Below, piece after piece: positions 24,500-37,652 of a stretch of 64,000 nt of DNA; the first letter of the stretch is position 1; each line of letters opens with the position of its first letter. The DNA is from Hemiscyllium ocellatum (taxonomy: Eukaryota), in NCBI RefSeq assembly GCF_020745735.1, contig NC_083402.1, positions 85,636,004-85,700,003 of the forward strand. The letters run 5' to 3'. A program made the position numbers and the translations under genes. The notes below the pieces were generated by a model that had not been told where the DNA came from, did not search any database, and saw only the letters and a list, made by a program, of their open reading frames with translations.

Positions 24500-25330
24500 T
24501 TTTTAATTTCTCTTCATAGGACAGTTCTGACATCTTGGGAGCAAGTCTGGTGAACTTTTATTGTGCTCTGTCTAATGCAAGGAGACCAAAACTCCATACA
24601 TATGGAAAGTTCTTACACAATCCTCAAATCCTCTTACACTAAAAACTATCATTCTTAATAGCTTGCTACACAAACATAATAGGTTTTAGTGACATATGGA
24701 CAAGGATACATAGATTTCCTTTGTACATCTACATTTTCCAGTCTCTTACCATTTCAGAAATACACTACATAACCTCCAAAGTGGATAAATACATTCTTCC
24801 ACAGTATATTCTATCTGCTATGTTCTTGCTCACCTCCTAAACCTGTCCAAATCCTCCCCCAGCTGTTTTACATCTTCCTCAAAACGCACATTCCCACTTA
24901 ACTTGATATCATCCACAAATGTGGCAATAATACATTTGGCCCTCATCTCCAAATCATTGATATACTTTGTGCAAAGGCACGTTCCAAGTACTGACCCTTC
25001 CGGTACCCAATGGTCACAGCCTGCCACTTAAGAATGATTCATTTATTCCTACTCTCTAGTTAACAGACAGAAAACAATCATTAATCCACATTATCTCCTA
25101 TCCCATGTGCTTTAACCTTTCTAACCAACTTCCTGCAGGGAATTTGATCAAAAAACTTCTGAAAGTTTAATTATGCGACATCCATTAGCTCCCCTTTAAT
25201 CAACTGTGTGAATAATACCTTCAAAAATCTCCAATAGGTTTGTCAAACACAATTTTTCATTGGCAAATCCATGCTGACTATGTCCAATAAGATTATTATC
25301 AACAAGGTGTCTATTTATTCAATCCTAACA
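24500..25330 (-). mobile_element. CR1 LINE RT fragment
   Basis: VPEGSVLGTCL..YINDLE....IIATFVDDIKLSG corresponds to the GVPQGSVLGP/FADD RT motifs. Confidence 0.8.
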
Positions 25331-25937
25331 TTTTAATGCTATGATTCTAATAGGGATGGAGAGTGGCACCAGTTGAGTAGCTCTTTTGGAAGCTGGTACA
25401 GATATGATGGATCAAATGGCCTCCTTCTGTACTTTAAAATTCTATGATTCTATTTTCCCTGCTACTGATGCAAGGCTAACAGTATGTGTTGCCTGTTTTC
25501 TTTCACTCCATTTTTATATAGTGGGGTGACATTTCCTACCTTCCAATTTACTGGAATTATTCCAGAAACTGTAGAAATACGAAAGATAAATTTTACAAAT
25601 ACATTTTCAGCAAATTCTTTCTAAAGACATTACAGTGGTGTGTTATTATCCACAAATCTGGTAGAAATCTCAAATCCCCTAACTGTGTTCCCATCCTTAT
25701 TATTTAGAGTGTCTTGGAACATTTTTGTCAGACTATTCCATACATTGTAAATATGCATCTGCCGTTTAGCACTGAATGATTGAAAGATTCTGTTAACAAC
25801 ACATTATTAGGCTGAGACTTCTTGAGGCTATACTCTCTCATTTATCCACATCTCCATTTTCTGCTTCCAAATTTTCCATTTAATGTTTAACTTTGACTAC
25901 TCTAAGTTGCCTATTTGGGACAATTCATGCCAATTCA

Positions 25938-26285
25938 GAGTGACACAGTGGCTCAGTGGTTAGCACTGCTGCCTCACAGTGCCAGGGACTTAGGTTCAAT
26001 TCTAGCTTCAGGTGCCTGCCTATGTGAAGCTTGCATGTTCTCCTCATGTGTACATCGGCTTCCACCTGGTGCTCTGGTTTCATCTCGCAGTCCAAAGATG
26101 TGTAGGTAGGATGAATTGGTCATGCTAAAATGCCTGTAGTGTCTGTCGATATGTACTAGGTGGGTTGGCTGTGGTAAATGTGGGCTTATGGGGATAGGTG
26201 AGGGCTGGGTCTGGGTGGAATGCCCTTCTGAGAGTCAGCGCAGATTCAAAGGGCTGAATGGCCTCTTTCTACACAGTTGGTATTC
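25938..26285 (+). mobile_element. V-SINE, diverged
   Basis: acagtggctcagtggttagcactgctgcctcacagtgccaggg head, decayed V-domain and tail. Confidence 0.8.
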
Positions 26286-28614
26286 TGTAAATATGGTACT
26301 TTGAATCACAACTAAAGCGTTGACTAATTATAGCATGACATTTCACTTTCCTGATGTAACTGCTAAATTCTCTTTGTTTCACAAAACTATCAAAAGCACT
26401 GCTGCTTTCATTTCGTTAAGTTGTTGTCTCCCTTTCATACCATGCCTACAACTTAATCTAGAGAATTCCATTAACATTGCATCCTCCACTTTCTGTCACA
26501 TAGCTAATTGTGTCCCTTGTTCTGGGAATGCTAGCAGGAAGAAATGCTTTCAAATGATCTTCTTTATGTTCTGGCACGTATCCTTACCTGCAAATTACCA
26601 ACAAAAACTAGGGGGTCTATCACAGCAAAATCTAATACCTGAAATGCTAACACAGATTAAGGAATTTGCAAATGGAATTTTAGCAGTCTTGCATACAACC
26701 TACTGATGTTCATTATGTACCCTTCAATAGCACTATCTCCACTTTTTCCTAAATGTACCAAAATCTCACCATTTGATAATTTTCTGACCAATAAGCAGTT
26801 AGTGCATAATCTTTTTGACAATCTTTTTCCAATTAATTTAATATCTCATCCAAAGTTTAATCTGTATCCATATTATTAATCTTCAATTTTGCAAAAGAAT
26901 TGCTTCTCGCCCAGCTTTTATATGGTAGCCAAAATGTTAAGGTCTTTTCTTGTTTCCTGTTCGGTAAAGAAATAATCCAATTAATTACTTCACTCTTCAA
27001 AAGATTTGCACTCAGAAAACTGGAGGTAGGTAGACATGCCAAATAGTGCATATTTTGTTCAATGGTCCTCTACTACCAATGTTGTACATTTGAGCTATTT
27101 CAGTTAACCACACACCAAAAACCCTCTTACCTTTTGACCGACTCACCTTTATATACATATTAAAACATTAATGCCAGGTACTTAGCTTCCTATTGACAGA
27201 TTTAGATATTGTCAAAGCAGATTTAAGTGTTCATCATAGCAACTCACCCAATATCCACTACGTACAGTTCAGAGGAGTTATGTAAAAACAATGGGAAGTC
27301 TTTGAAATGGAGATGAAAGATATTAAACCTCTACCAGTTGTCACAGCACAGAAGGACCATCACTTTGGTGCTGACGTACCAAATAAGAATCAGATTCTGG
27401 GTTCATGTTCCATTCCAGAGTTGCAGGTTGATTAACAGTGAATTTTAAATGCCTTTTGTGATATACTGACGTAGAAACTAGGCATACAATAAATTGATGC
27501 CATGGTGAAAGAATGTTGTAAACTGCAATTAAAAGTTAAATTACAAAGCTAGTTGTGCAAGCTAATTCTGAACCTTCAATGAAATAAATGCCATGATTTA
27601 GCACTCTTGAGACAGAAGGGAATTGGTTAATGATTGAATATGTAGAACATTGTGTGATTTATTATTTGCATGAAATAAAACAGGACACAGTAAACGCTTA
27701 ATCTGATGAGAACAAGGATATGAGAGACCCTCCCAGACAAGATAATGTGGAGGAGAAACTCTTCCACACAACAGAGTGATGTTGAGAAGAGACTGAAATT
27801 TAGAAGTTTCTAGACCTTGCATTCTTCCGTCCAGAATAGTATGGGCATTACGTTGATCAGATTAGACTGTCAGTCAGTAGGTGACTTACTTACTATAGTT
27901 TACATGAAACATGTTTTGACTTTATTTTATTAAAGTAATCTAATTTCTGAGCTATCTCTGTGATTCAGACCTATCTGGAAGAATTAAGATTGCCTGCCCC
28001 TAAGAAGTTTGCTTTAAAAATCATATAGGTCTGCCAATGGGAATAAATGCCTTCACAAAGCTTATATCTAAAAGCATTTTAGCCACAACATTTATCATTT
28101 TGGATTTAAAATTGTATCAAAAATTTCTGATGTCGGACATACCATTTTGGCCTCATGTTTCACATGGTGTTGGAACTGTGAGACAGAAGTCTGCTTTGGC
28201 CATTTTCAACTTGAACATTTCAATTAATGCCTTGTCTTAACCTTTCATAACTGATGACACATTCAAAACAACAAACTCAATTTATAGGGATCAGCAACAA
28301 TTTTCAAGTTAGTTGCTGACTGATTCCTACTGCAAATTGCTGATTCAATGCAAGTGTTTTTCTTTCCACCTCTGTCAATATACTGAAGATTACTGGGAGG
28401 TGTGTAACACATGGTAAAAACTTTGGTTCTATCCTAAAGATCCTGATTAGGTGATTTTTTTTTCCCCGATTACAGATATAACATTTCTTATTCCTTTGGG
28501 TTGCAGATTGACAACAGAATGAAGGATAAATTGCTTGAAGAGACAAGAAGATGAAAGGCAGAAGCCAAAATCTACCAGGGTAATTAAGGATTACTTCTTC
28601 CATCTCAATCTCGT

Positions 28615-28840
28615 GAGGAATACTGTTTCAGATCTCTGAAGTACTCAACAGAGAGCATATCAGAGATGGTCTGCTGCAGTGGACACAACATCAATAGGAT
28701 ACAGTTCTTGACACCAGAATTATGAGTGAGGAACAGGAGTAGAATGCGAATGAGGAAGAGTAGGAAAATGAAAAAGAAAGAGGGAAGCTGGAAGCCAATA
28801 TAGCTCATTTCTGGTAATCTTTCTACGATTAGTTCATCCA
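28615..28840 (+). mobile_element. Possible Harbinger (HARBI1-like) transposase C-terminal remnant
   Basis: CFRSLKYSTESISEMVCCSGHNI followed by a GAG/GAA acidic run resembles RFRCL...LQYSPE.V..I..VCC.LHN..EEEE. Confidence 0.4.
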
Positions 28841-30602
28841 ACTAATGAAGTCAATCACAATATACATTTACCAATGGTTCCAAGTCAAATAGCTATAAAT
28901 GTTTGTTAAGACACTTTATTATTAATCATCACATTTACCTCTTGACCACAATGCTGAAAGAAAATCCAGCACAAATATTTTTCAAACCAAATTTATAAAT
29001 CAAACTATCCAAGCGTCAACCAACTATCTTTAAGCATTGTTCTAAATTGCTGTCATCCATGTCTTTGTAGTGGTCCAATACCTTTTCACCCAGAGAATGC
29101 AATATGATTAGTGGAAACCTAATAATATTCAATAGAAGAGACCGTGGATGGCCTTGTAGGATGACCTTGATCAGTTGAGCCTAGAAAGTCCAGAGGGATT
29201 GCACTACCTTGGTGTTGGACTGGGTGCCTGGTAGAAATGGCACTGGCAGATGGACAGTATCAGTTGCTATATTTCAAGATAGACAGTGGATTTGCTTTCT
29301 GGAAGCCACTGCCATGCCACAGAACAAATATGGGAATGGAGATTGCTAGACGATTGTGAAAACCTGCAAACATTTTTACGTGCTAGAAACCACAGATATG
29401 CTGGCAATCGCGATTTCCCCTGTCTGATTTTGGGCCTCATTAAATCTTGTGGTCATTGTGGTATTTGTTTGAAAGTAACCCAAAGAGCTTGTGGAAGGTT
29501 TTATTATTCTGCATAATTTGAGAGGAATTTTTTGGGCAAATTTAAAATGTTGAAAGTTTGTAATTTATAACAATCTAGTTTCAAAACTGAAGTTGAATAA
29601 TACTACAACTCTTCAGCCATTTTCTTTTTGTTAGGACTTGCTATAATTTATCAACTACTTATATATGGGCTCAGAAAGTACTACCTTAATGTGAACTTGA
29701 ACCACGTGTTCAAATTGCATACTTTTAAATCATTCAACTTGTTCCAAAAATATCAGGAAAAAGAAAATCTTTGAACTTGGAATTAGAATCTGAAAAGTTC
29801 ATTGCATTTAAGCATTTGTGCACAGAAATGGTTAAGGATTCCAAATATAAATTGTCAGATAACGTAATGCTGGGAACTTCAAGTCAGTAACTCAATCAAA
29901 TGTTTGAATCTTATTGTGAACAGTGAAAGAAAGCTCCAGTACAAATATTGATTTAAAAGGTTTGATTAAAGAATATTTGGTGACTTGTTTATTCTGCTTA
30001 GAAATGCAGGATGTGTTGGCACAATTGAGCTACAGCCGTTCCATAGTTGGATAGAAATTACAGATGCCTTCAGCAATTGTTCCTTATTCCTTATTGCAAA
30101 ATATCTATTATTCTTTCAAACATATCCTCAATAATCAATATTCTTACAGAGTCCTGGATGGAATCCAAGGGTAAATGTATGGGCATATGGATCAAACTGT
30201 TCCCAAAACTACATTCTATCATTATTGAGTCAATCACCGATCACATAAAGAATAATGACTTTGCAGATTGTACTGAAGAACTATCTGTGACCACAGTATT
30301 TTATTCCAGAGTATCGCTGATCAAATTTTAACAGTTATGCAACATGCACACTGAAAAGATGACATCAAAAAAGAAGGGCAATTTGCAGGATTCATGCAAA
30401 GTGCCAGGTATTATAAAATTCCAGGGTCTATTTTGGTAGCAGCTTATTCAGTAATAAATTATTTTAACTTTATTACATATGATCTAGCGATGATAATGGT
30501 GAAAACATATGTATTTATTGTTAATGTCTCAGTAAGGTCAACCTAAAAACTAACCAGTTAAGTATAATACCTCAGTTGATCTGTGTTCATTCTGAGTAAG
30601 AA

Positions 30603-30913
30603 TCATAGAACCCCTGGAGTGTGGAAGACGGCCATTTGCGTATCAGGTCCACACCGACCCTCTGACGAGTATCTCACCCTGACACCCCCACCTACTCTAT
30701 GCCTGTAACCCTGCATTTCCCACCTAATCCACCTAACCTACACATCTCTGAACACTATGGCCAATCCACCTAATCTGCACATCTTTAGACAGTGGATGAA
30801 AATTGATGCAGACACAGTGAGAATGTGCAGACTCCACACAGTCACCAAAGGCTGGAATAGAACCCAGGTCCCTCGCACTGTGAGGCAGCAGTACTAACCA
30901 CTGAGCCACCGTG
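30603..30913 (-). mobile_element. V-SINE
   Basis: Reverse-strand head (gcactgtgaggcagcagtactaaccactgagccaccgtg), V-domain and tail. Confidence 0.82.
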
Positions 30914-33049
30914 CTGATCTTATGATCGCCATATGAAAAATATTAAGAAAAACATGTGAAAACTGACAAAAGTGTCCTGTGGCTGCACAGATTTGAGTGT
31001 GCTGACAAATCCTGCAATCCACTTTACTCGATAAGTTCTGTGAACAGGACTGGTGTAATGTATGTGTCTTGTGATGATTGGCAACCACACAGATCACAAG
31101 ATTCCAGATGAAAAAGGCCTGTGCAGTTATACAAGGCATTGCTCTTCCACAAAACAAGAATTCTGACTCTAATATGGATTGTCTGGTTAGCACGGACGCC
31201 AAAAGAATACTAATAGAAAACCTCCAAAAGGATAACTCTGAATGAGAAAATAAACCACTCATTTTGCAAGTTTGATGATTTAGATAAGGAACAAGCAGAC
31301 ATAAACATGCACTAAACTTCCTTGTCTCACTCAAGTCTTGATCCAAATATGATCCACATGATTCTGTGTTTGCTAATGTCTGGTTCAAAAATAATGATGA
31401 ATTCATATTTAAAATACTAAATGATTTACTGTGCGGGCGTTTATCTCAAAATGACAAAGGGAGTTGTAGTGATCACTATTCATTGCCTAATTGTTGCTAG
31501 TAATATCACTAGTAATAATAAAGGTACAGCTTTTTAAAATTCTGAATTGCATCTTTCTACATACAATGATGTTTTTCACCACTGTCTTATATTGTTTCAA
31601 ATAACATTGATGAATTCTATGTTGACTTTGCTCAACTAAACAAAAGATTTTCAGGAAACTAATGTAGTACTGTCTAACTGCAATAATAATGTTTTAATGT
31701 TGAGAAATCATTCCAAGGTGCAGGCTTAATCACATAAAAGTAAGCTGCAATGGTGTTATAACTCTAACAAAACAAATGCACTGGTAATTAAGCTGCACTA
31801 CCCCATTCACCACACCGACATTGTAAATGCATTACTTAATTCCCAAAACTGTCATTTTATTTCTCTTTATTACTGATAACCAAAAGTAATTTTCAACAGG
31901 TTTATCCAATAAACTCAAAAATAACTTGTTTATTATAAACAAACTTATGCTGAAAATAAGTGGCAAAACTGGTTATTAATTAAGCTACTATGCAAAGGTA
32001 AATTGTATCCCCTTAATCCCAAATGTGCATAATCATATGACAGACAAGCCAATGTAACTCTGTAGAGATGATACAGGATTATTTTTGGAATGGCAAATGG
32101 TTGACCAAGGACCTAAATTCCAAAGATAAAGAAAGAGAAAGCCCCTCAGTCCAATTTATTTCCTGTCATTGAGGCTATGGCGCTGACAACTGTAGAACTG
32201 ATGACATCTTAAATCAGACTTCAGTCCAGATGGAAAGGTAGTTAGTGGCTTAGAAAGTTAATAGACTTAATAGTTGAGCTTTTAGAATTTAAGAGAAATT
32301 TAAAGATATATTGAGGTGCATTGTGAGGCAATCTGCAGTACATAGGCCACATCTCTTCCAAATTTAATTAATCTATCCAGGATATCCAAATGGTTTCATA
32401 CTCCAGTCAATCATAGTCCTCAAAAATGAATGTGTATTCCCATCAATATGCTAAAATGTGTTATGGAATAGTCTTGCTTGCAAACTGCCAATTCAATTCT
32501 TAAGCTATGTCAGGTATTTCAACATAATTATTGTTCAATGGTATTATTCTTGTTTATAAGCATTAACCTCCTTTTAAAGATTATTTAACACTAAAATTCT
32601 TGCTGCAATTTCTGGCCTACCCTCATTGCATTCTTGGATTCATTGTCACTGATTTCTCTCATAAAAGGTTGTGTATTCCTAACAACACAACATCTTTTTA
32701 TAGAAGCAGAATACAGGAGCATGGGGACAAGAAGAAATGGAATGTGGGATCACAGGTCTGGTTTAACATTTCAACTTTTAATGTGAGGACAAATTTGAGT
32801 GCTTATGCAACTAAGTCATTTAAAGCCCATTTAATGGGTGATGCCTGATAAATCAATGCACTATGGATGCCTACTACAGGTGAAAAATACATTGTACACA
32901 ACCTTGAAACGAAAAAATATGCCAGCGGAACAAAACACCAATGTACGTTTTTCTTAATGCTATATTTTCTGAAAACGAATATGACATGCTAGTGTCCATT
33001 TGATCCCCTACCGCCCTTGTTTGCTATACAAGAACGCACGGCCATTCTA

Positions 33050-33369
33050 CAGGCAATCCTTTATCCGAAACCCTCAGGGCCAGCTGGCTTTACAATTTTG
33101 GAATTTTTAAGACAAAGGATTAAAGGACCTTTTCATAGTAAAATAAAAAGGTTACTGAACAGCAGTCTCACCTGTGATTACTAAGAGCACTGAGACAGAA
33201 TTGACGCCCACCAGTGCTGGGCCAAACTGTTACATCACGACGTGGGTCAAGTTGCGTTAACTGTTAGCATGCCAAATAACCTTGTTAATGAGAAAAAAAA
33301 CTTCAGGAAAAACTTTGGAGTTTGGAGCTTTTCGGATTTCGGAATTTCAGATAAAGGATTGTCTATCTG
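33050..33369. mobile_element. TcMar/Tigger-type MITE
   Basis: TA|CAGGCAATCCTTTATCCGAAA...TTTCAGATAAAGGATTGTCTATCTG|TA gives imperfect TIRs, TA flanks and internal ttcgga repeats. Confidence 0.65.
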
Positions 33370-36328
33370 TATTTTCCAAGCAGGTGGGTCTTGATCGCAG
33401 GCCTCCTGCTTCAGAGATAGGGAAACTTCCACTACAAACATAAGCCACTAGAATTACATTTTTTTAACCTATTGACCAATCAACTTGTTCAGCGACATTA
33501 TTACACACCTCTGGTACAGGTGGGACTTGAACCCAGGCCTTCTAGCAGAGGTAGAGATACAACCATTGCGCTGAAAGAGTCCTAATGACCATTCTATGTT
33601 GTTTGTTTTTTTTAAACACCTGCAAACCACCACTAAACACTTGTGTAACCAATTGAATATTAACAAGCAAAGCCCATTATTAACAATGCAAATTATCAAA
33701 AATGAAGGGGTTTAGAGAGAGCAGAAAGGGACTAACTCAAAATGGAGTTGGAGGGGCAGATATAGCACCATGTTCCCTGTGGTGTACACCACTCTCTAAA
33801 GGCATCAAGAGCATTGATGGACACTGCGTGCTCCCTCTTCAAAGACATGCAGAATGACCATTGTATTAACAAGCAGACAAACTGTGAATAGCTGCTCAAA
33901 TAATGTGTTAAAGCATTGCTTTGAAAACAGCTTCAACACACTTACTTGGGAGGAAGGATATTTGACAATGATTCCTGCATGTTGACTGGCATTTCTTTTA
34001 TTGGAGAGTTAATCTTGAAGAAGGTTAGTTGGTCTACATTATTTAAGAGACCTTGCTAGAGTCTAAGGTCTTTTCATCATAGCTGTTCTTAAACAGTCTG
34101 AGGCTATACACATTTAACACAAGGTCAACATTCAGCACTCTTAATCTCTCAGTTACCATGTAATCTTCATATATCACAAACGACATAGCTTAGTACACAT
34201 TCAAGTTTTAACCTTTTAATCAACATCTCCCCTTCAATCATTGTCTTTATATAATAGTTCCATCTTCTCACAACTCCCCTAGGTTTCCCATTTTACAGGG
34301 ATAATCACAATTGTAGCTTCCCCAAATCCCCTGATCTTATTTGAAGTTCTCTCTGAGCTGCTTGAAGGTGTGTTTGCGTGTGTACATTACAAATCATTGC
34401 TTAAATAATCAACAAATTCTTTCTCACTTGGTCATGTTCTCTTCCTGGATGCCTGAACCATCATAATATTGGCTAACTTCTCATGAATATTGATCCATTT
34501 CCATTTCCTCTTATGGCGCTATTACCCATTCTGACCTCAGTTGTTGAGTCTCCTCCATGACTGTGCCTTCTTGATCTTAGATTCACATGATACAATCTTA
34601 CAGGAACCCGAACAACTTGATTTATGGCAGAATTGAATGAGAAGTTTGACATGCCCTATTTTGATGTCAGAAACATCTTTTATGCAACTGTCAAGCAACA
34701 GAGTGTGTTTCTTGCTGGGCAATGCCGAGTTGCCAATTAAAGGGGCTTATAGCATGTTAAACACTTTATGAATGTTTCAACCCACTTCATTAATATTCAA
34801 CTTTCTATCTTAGCAAACACACTGAGCTAGTTAGACATCAAGAATTCTTGACATGGAAGCCAGACTGAGCACCTGGTAAACTCATTTTGTTGCTGGCTGC
34901 AAAGAGTCTCCATGTTGCTCAATACCAAGCAGCATTTCCGGCACCATCCTTCACGGTTATGAGCATCCAAAATTTGCTTGACCCATCACAACCATCATGG
35001 CACCTCTTCCATAAAGATGTAGGCTGATTATGAAGCTAGAACTCACACTGCAGGGCACGCTGGCAACTGGCATGAATGACATTTTGTGCCAGGGACAAGC
35101 ATCCAGCTCATGTGTTGGATGGGATTGCACTAACCAAAATGTAAAAACGATCAATACTGCTGCAGGCTTTTGTGCAGACCGACAAGCACCCTGCTACTCA
35201 CTAAGGATTTGTTGCAAATCAGAAATCCCACATTTGTTTTCAGTAGCTATTGACTTTAACCTCCAAAGAGTTTCATGTTGCTCTGGTGCAGTGAGTACTG
35301 CATATGAGTGAATAGGGGGAGTTAACAAATGTCCTCCAAACAAATGGAAGTCAAGATTTTACAATTTAATTTATTTTAATTCTTGTGATTATTAATTTTT
35401 AAGTGGGTTATTGCCGCCTTTATAACTCTACAGATCAAGACAGGGCAAACTATGAAGTTTTGAGATGAAGTTGAAAGAGCTCAGATTTTGATAAACACCT
35501 GCATCTTTTGTAACCAAATGGAATGAGAGTCAATAAACAGCAGCTCGTGTATCTTAAATTGCACATTGCCACATGCCTGAACAGACACTTTTGAAGTACA
35601 TTTATGTAGCGACTTTACAGCTAAGAAAGGGCACAATGGTAGCACCCCTACTTCTAAATGTACAAATCAGAGAGGTGCTTCAGAGGTGTGTAATAATATT
35701 GTTGAACACTTTAATTAGGAAACTTCTATTTCTTAGAAAGGTCCTGAAGAAGAGATGCGACTAAGGGGAAAAGGTGGATTAAAAAGTGAGTTCATATGGG
35801 CATCTTATGAAAAGGAAGGAAGTGCTAAGGAAGAGGGATATCAGGAGGCTGGCTTTTCAAGGTATAGGATGTAAATTAGATAAAGGCATCACCATCAATG
35901 GTAAAGTAATGGATCTCAGGGAGAAGGCTCAGATCACCAGACAAAGAGGAATAAACAGTTCTTGGAGTGCAGCTGAGGGAAAGAGTAGGGGATATGGTAG
36001 GAAGCCAATTGTATGCAGTGCTGGAGAAGTTTAAAACACTGGTTTGGAGCAATGGATTGAAACAAAAGAAGTGACAAGTTAAAGTTGATGTACTGGGAAC
36101 TGACAGTCACAGTTTATCGGTTAACTAAGTATTGGGATGGAATGTATGCAGCAGAGTTTTAGGCACTAGGTGTGAGGTCAATCAAGGCATTTGATGGTTT
36201 CAACTACAGTGACAGAAATGTTTCCTAGCTCCTTGAATTTATTGTTTGTGATGGGACGAGAGAGCAAATGTTTATAGAATATTTTTGAGGTTAATGGCTT
36301 AAGTATGGCATTTAATGGTGTATGGAAT

Positions 36329-36659
36329 GATTAGATTAGATTAGACTTTTAGATTAGACTTACAGTGTGGAAACAGGCCCTTCGGCCCAACAAGTCCACA
36401 CCGACCCGCCGAAGCGCAACCCACCCATACCCCTACATTTACCCCTTACCTAACACTACGGGCAATTTAGCTTGGCCAATTCACCTGACCCGCACATCTT
36501 TGTGACTGTGGGAGGAAACCGGAGCACCCGGAGGAAACCCACGCAGACACGGGGAGAACATGCAAACTCCACACAGTCAGTCGCCTGAGTCGGGAATTGA
36601 ACCCGGGTCTACAGGCGCTGTGAGGCAGCAGTGCTATCCACTGTGCCACCGTGCCACCC
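36329..36659 (-). mobile_element. Young full-length V-SINE (HE1-like)
   Basis: CpG-retaining intact head, V-domain and (ttaga)n tail. Confidence 0.92.
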
Positions 36660-37181
36660 ACAAATGGTTGGTAACAAAAATAAAATAGTACTCTTTGTTC
36701 TCCAGGGTGGTGTTTTTGACAAAAATTAGATTTATACTGGCACCTAGAAAATTTGTTTTGTACCAAAGTGCGCATATATAGCAAGATATCTAAATGCCTT
36801 ACTTGCTGCACCAGGTTAACAGTAAGATAATTGTATCATACATCATCTGACTAAAGGCTTTGTGTAAGCAAATATTTGGAACTCTTACAATGGTAATCTT
36901 GTTTAAACTGGTGAACTTTAACATTTGTTCCCATGATAACTGGGCATGAGAACCATCACTTCCTTCCACTTAGTACGGACAATCCTTTAGGATAGAGAGA
37001 GCCTCTCCTAACCGGTGAGTACCACAAAATGGCCGCAGTGTAGGGGCTGAAAATGGAATGATCTTACTTCTTCGCCTCATGAACCTAAAATCAAACTTGC
37101 AACAAAATACTAGTTCTGATCAAACAACGACACTCTAGAACTATAAATATTTTTTGGAGTTGAACATCTCACAGGCCATTT

Positions 37182-37652
37182 TGGGGCAGCACAGTGGCTC
37201 AGTGGTTAGCACTGCTGCCGTACAGTGCCAGAGACCCGGGTTTGATTCCAGCTTTGGGTGACTGTGTGGGTTTTCTCCAGGTGCTCCGGTTTCCTCCCAC
37301 AATCCAAAGATGTACATGTTAGGTGAATTGAAATCAAGTAGGCAAAAGTGAGGACTGCAGATGTTGGAGATTAGAGTCGCGAGTGTGGTGCTGGAAAAGC
37401 ACAGCAGGTGAGGCAGCATCCGAGGAGCAGGAGAGTCGACGTTTTGGGCAAAAGCCCGTCATCAAGAATGTTAGGTGAATTGGCCATGTTAAATTGCCCA
37501 TAGTGCTAAGGAATGTGTAGGCCAGGTACGTTAGTCAGCAGAAATGTAGAGCACTAGGGTAGGGGAATGGATTTGGGTGGGATACTCTTTGGAGGGTCTG
37601 TATTGGACTTATTGGGCCAAATGGCCTATTTCCACACTGGAGGGTTTCTATG
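37182..37652 (+). mobile_element. V-SINE interrupted by a PLE terminus
   Basis: The SINE sequence resumes at ttaggtgaattggccatg after the insert. Confidence 0.82.
37331..37467 (-). mobile_element. Penelope-like terminal fragment
   Basis: Same family as 8510. A 15-bp TSD atgttaggtgaattg lies at 37316-37330 and 37468-37482. Confidence 0.8.

Noticed and set aside
31756-32600. Possible further solo LTR starting tgttataac
   Set aside because: No matching CA end with a TSD was found.
34537-34722. Second Myb-like remnant (AQSWRRLNN)
   Set aside because: Similarity is limited to a few residues; not supportable without a profile search.
36329-36659. SINE heads as tRNA genes (also 4138, 21232, 25938, 33480, 37182, 40360)
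   Set aside because: They have A/B boxes but no full cloverleaf, and they continue into SINE body sequence.
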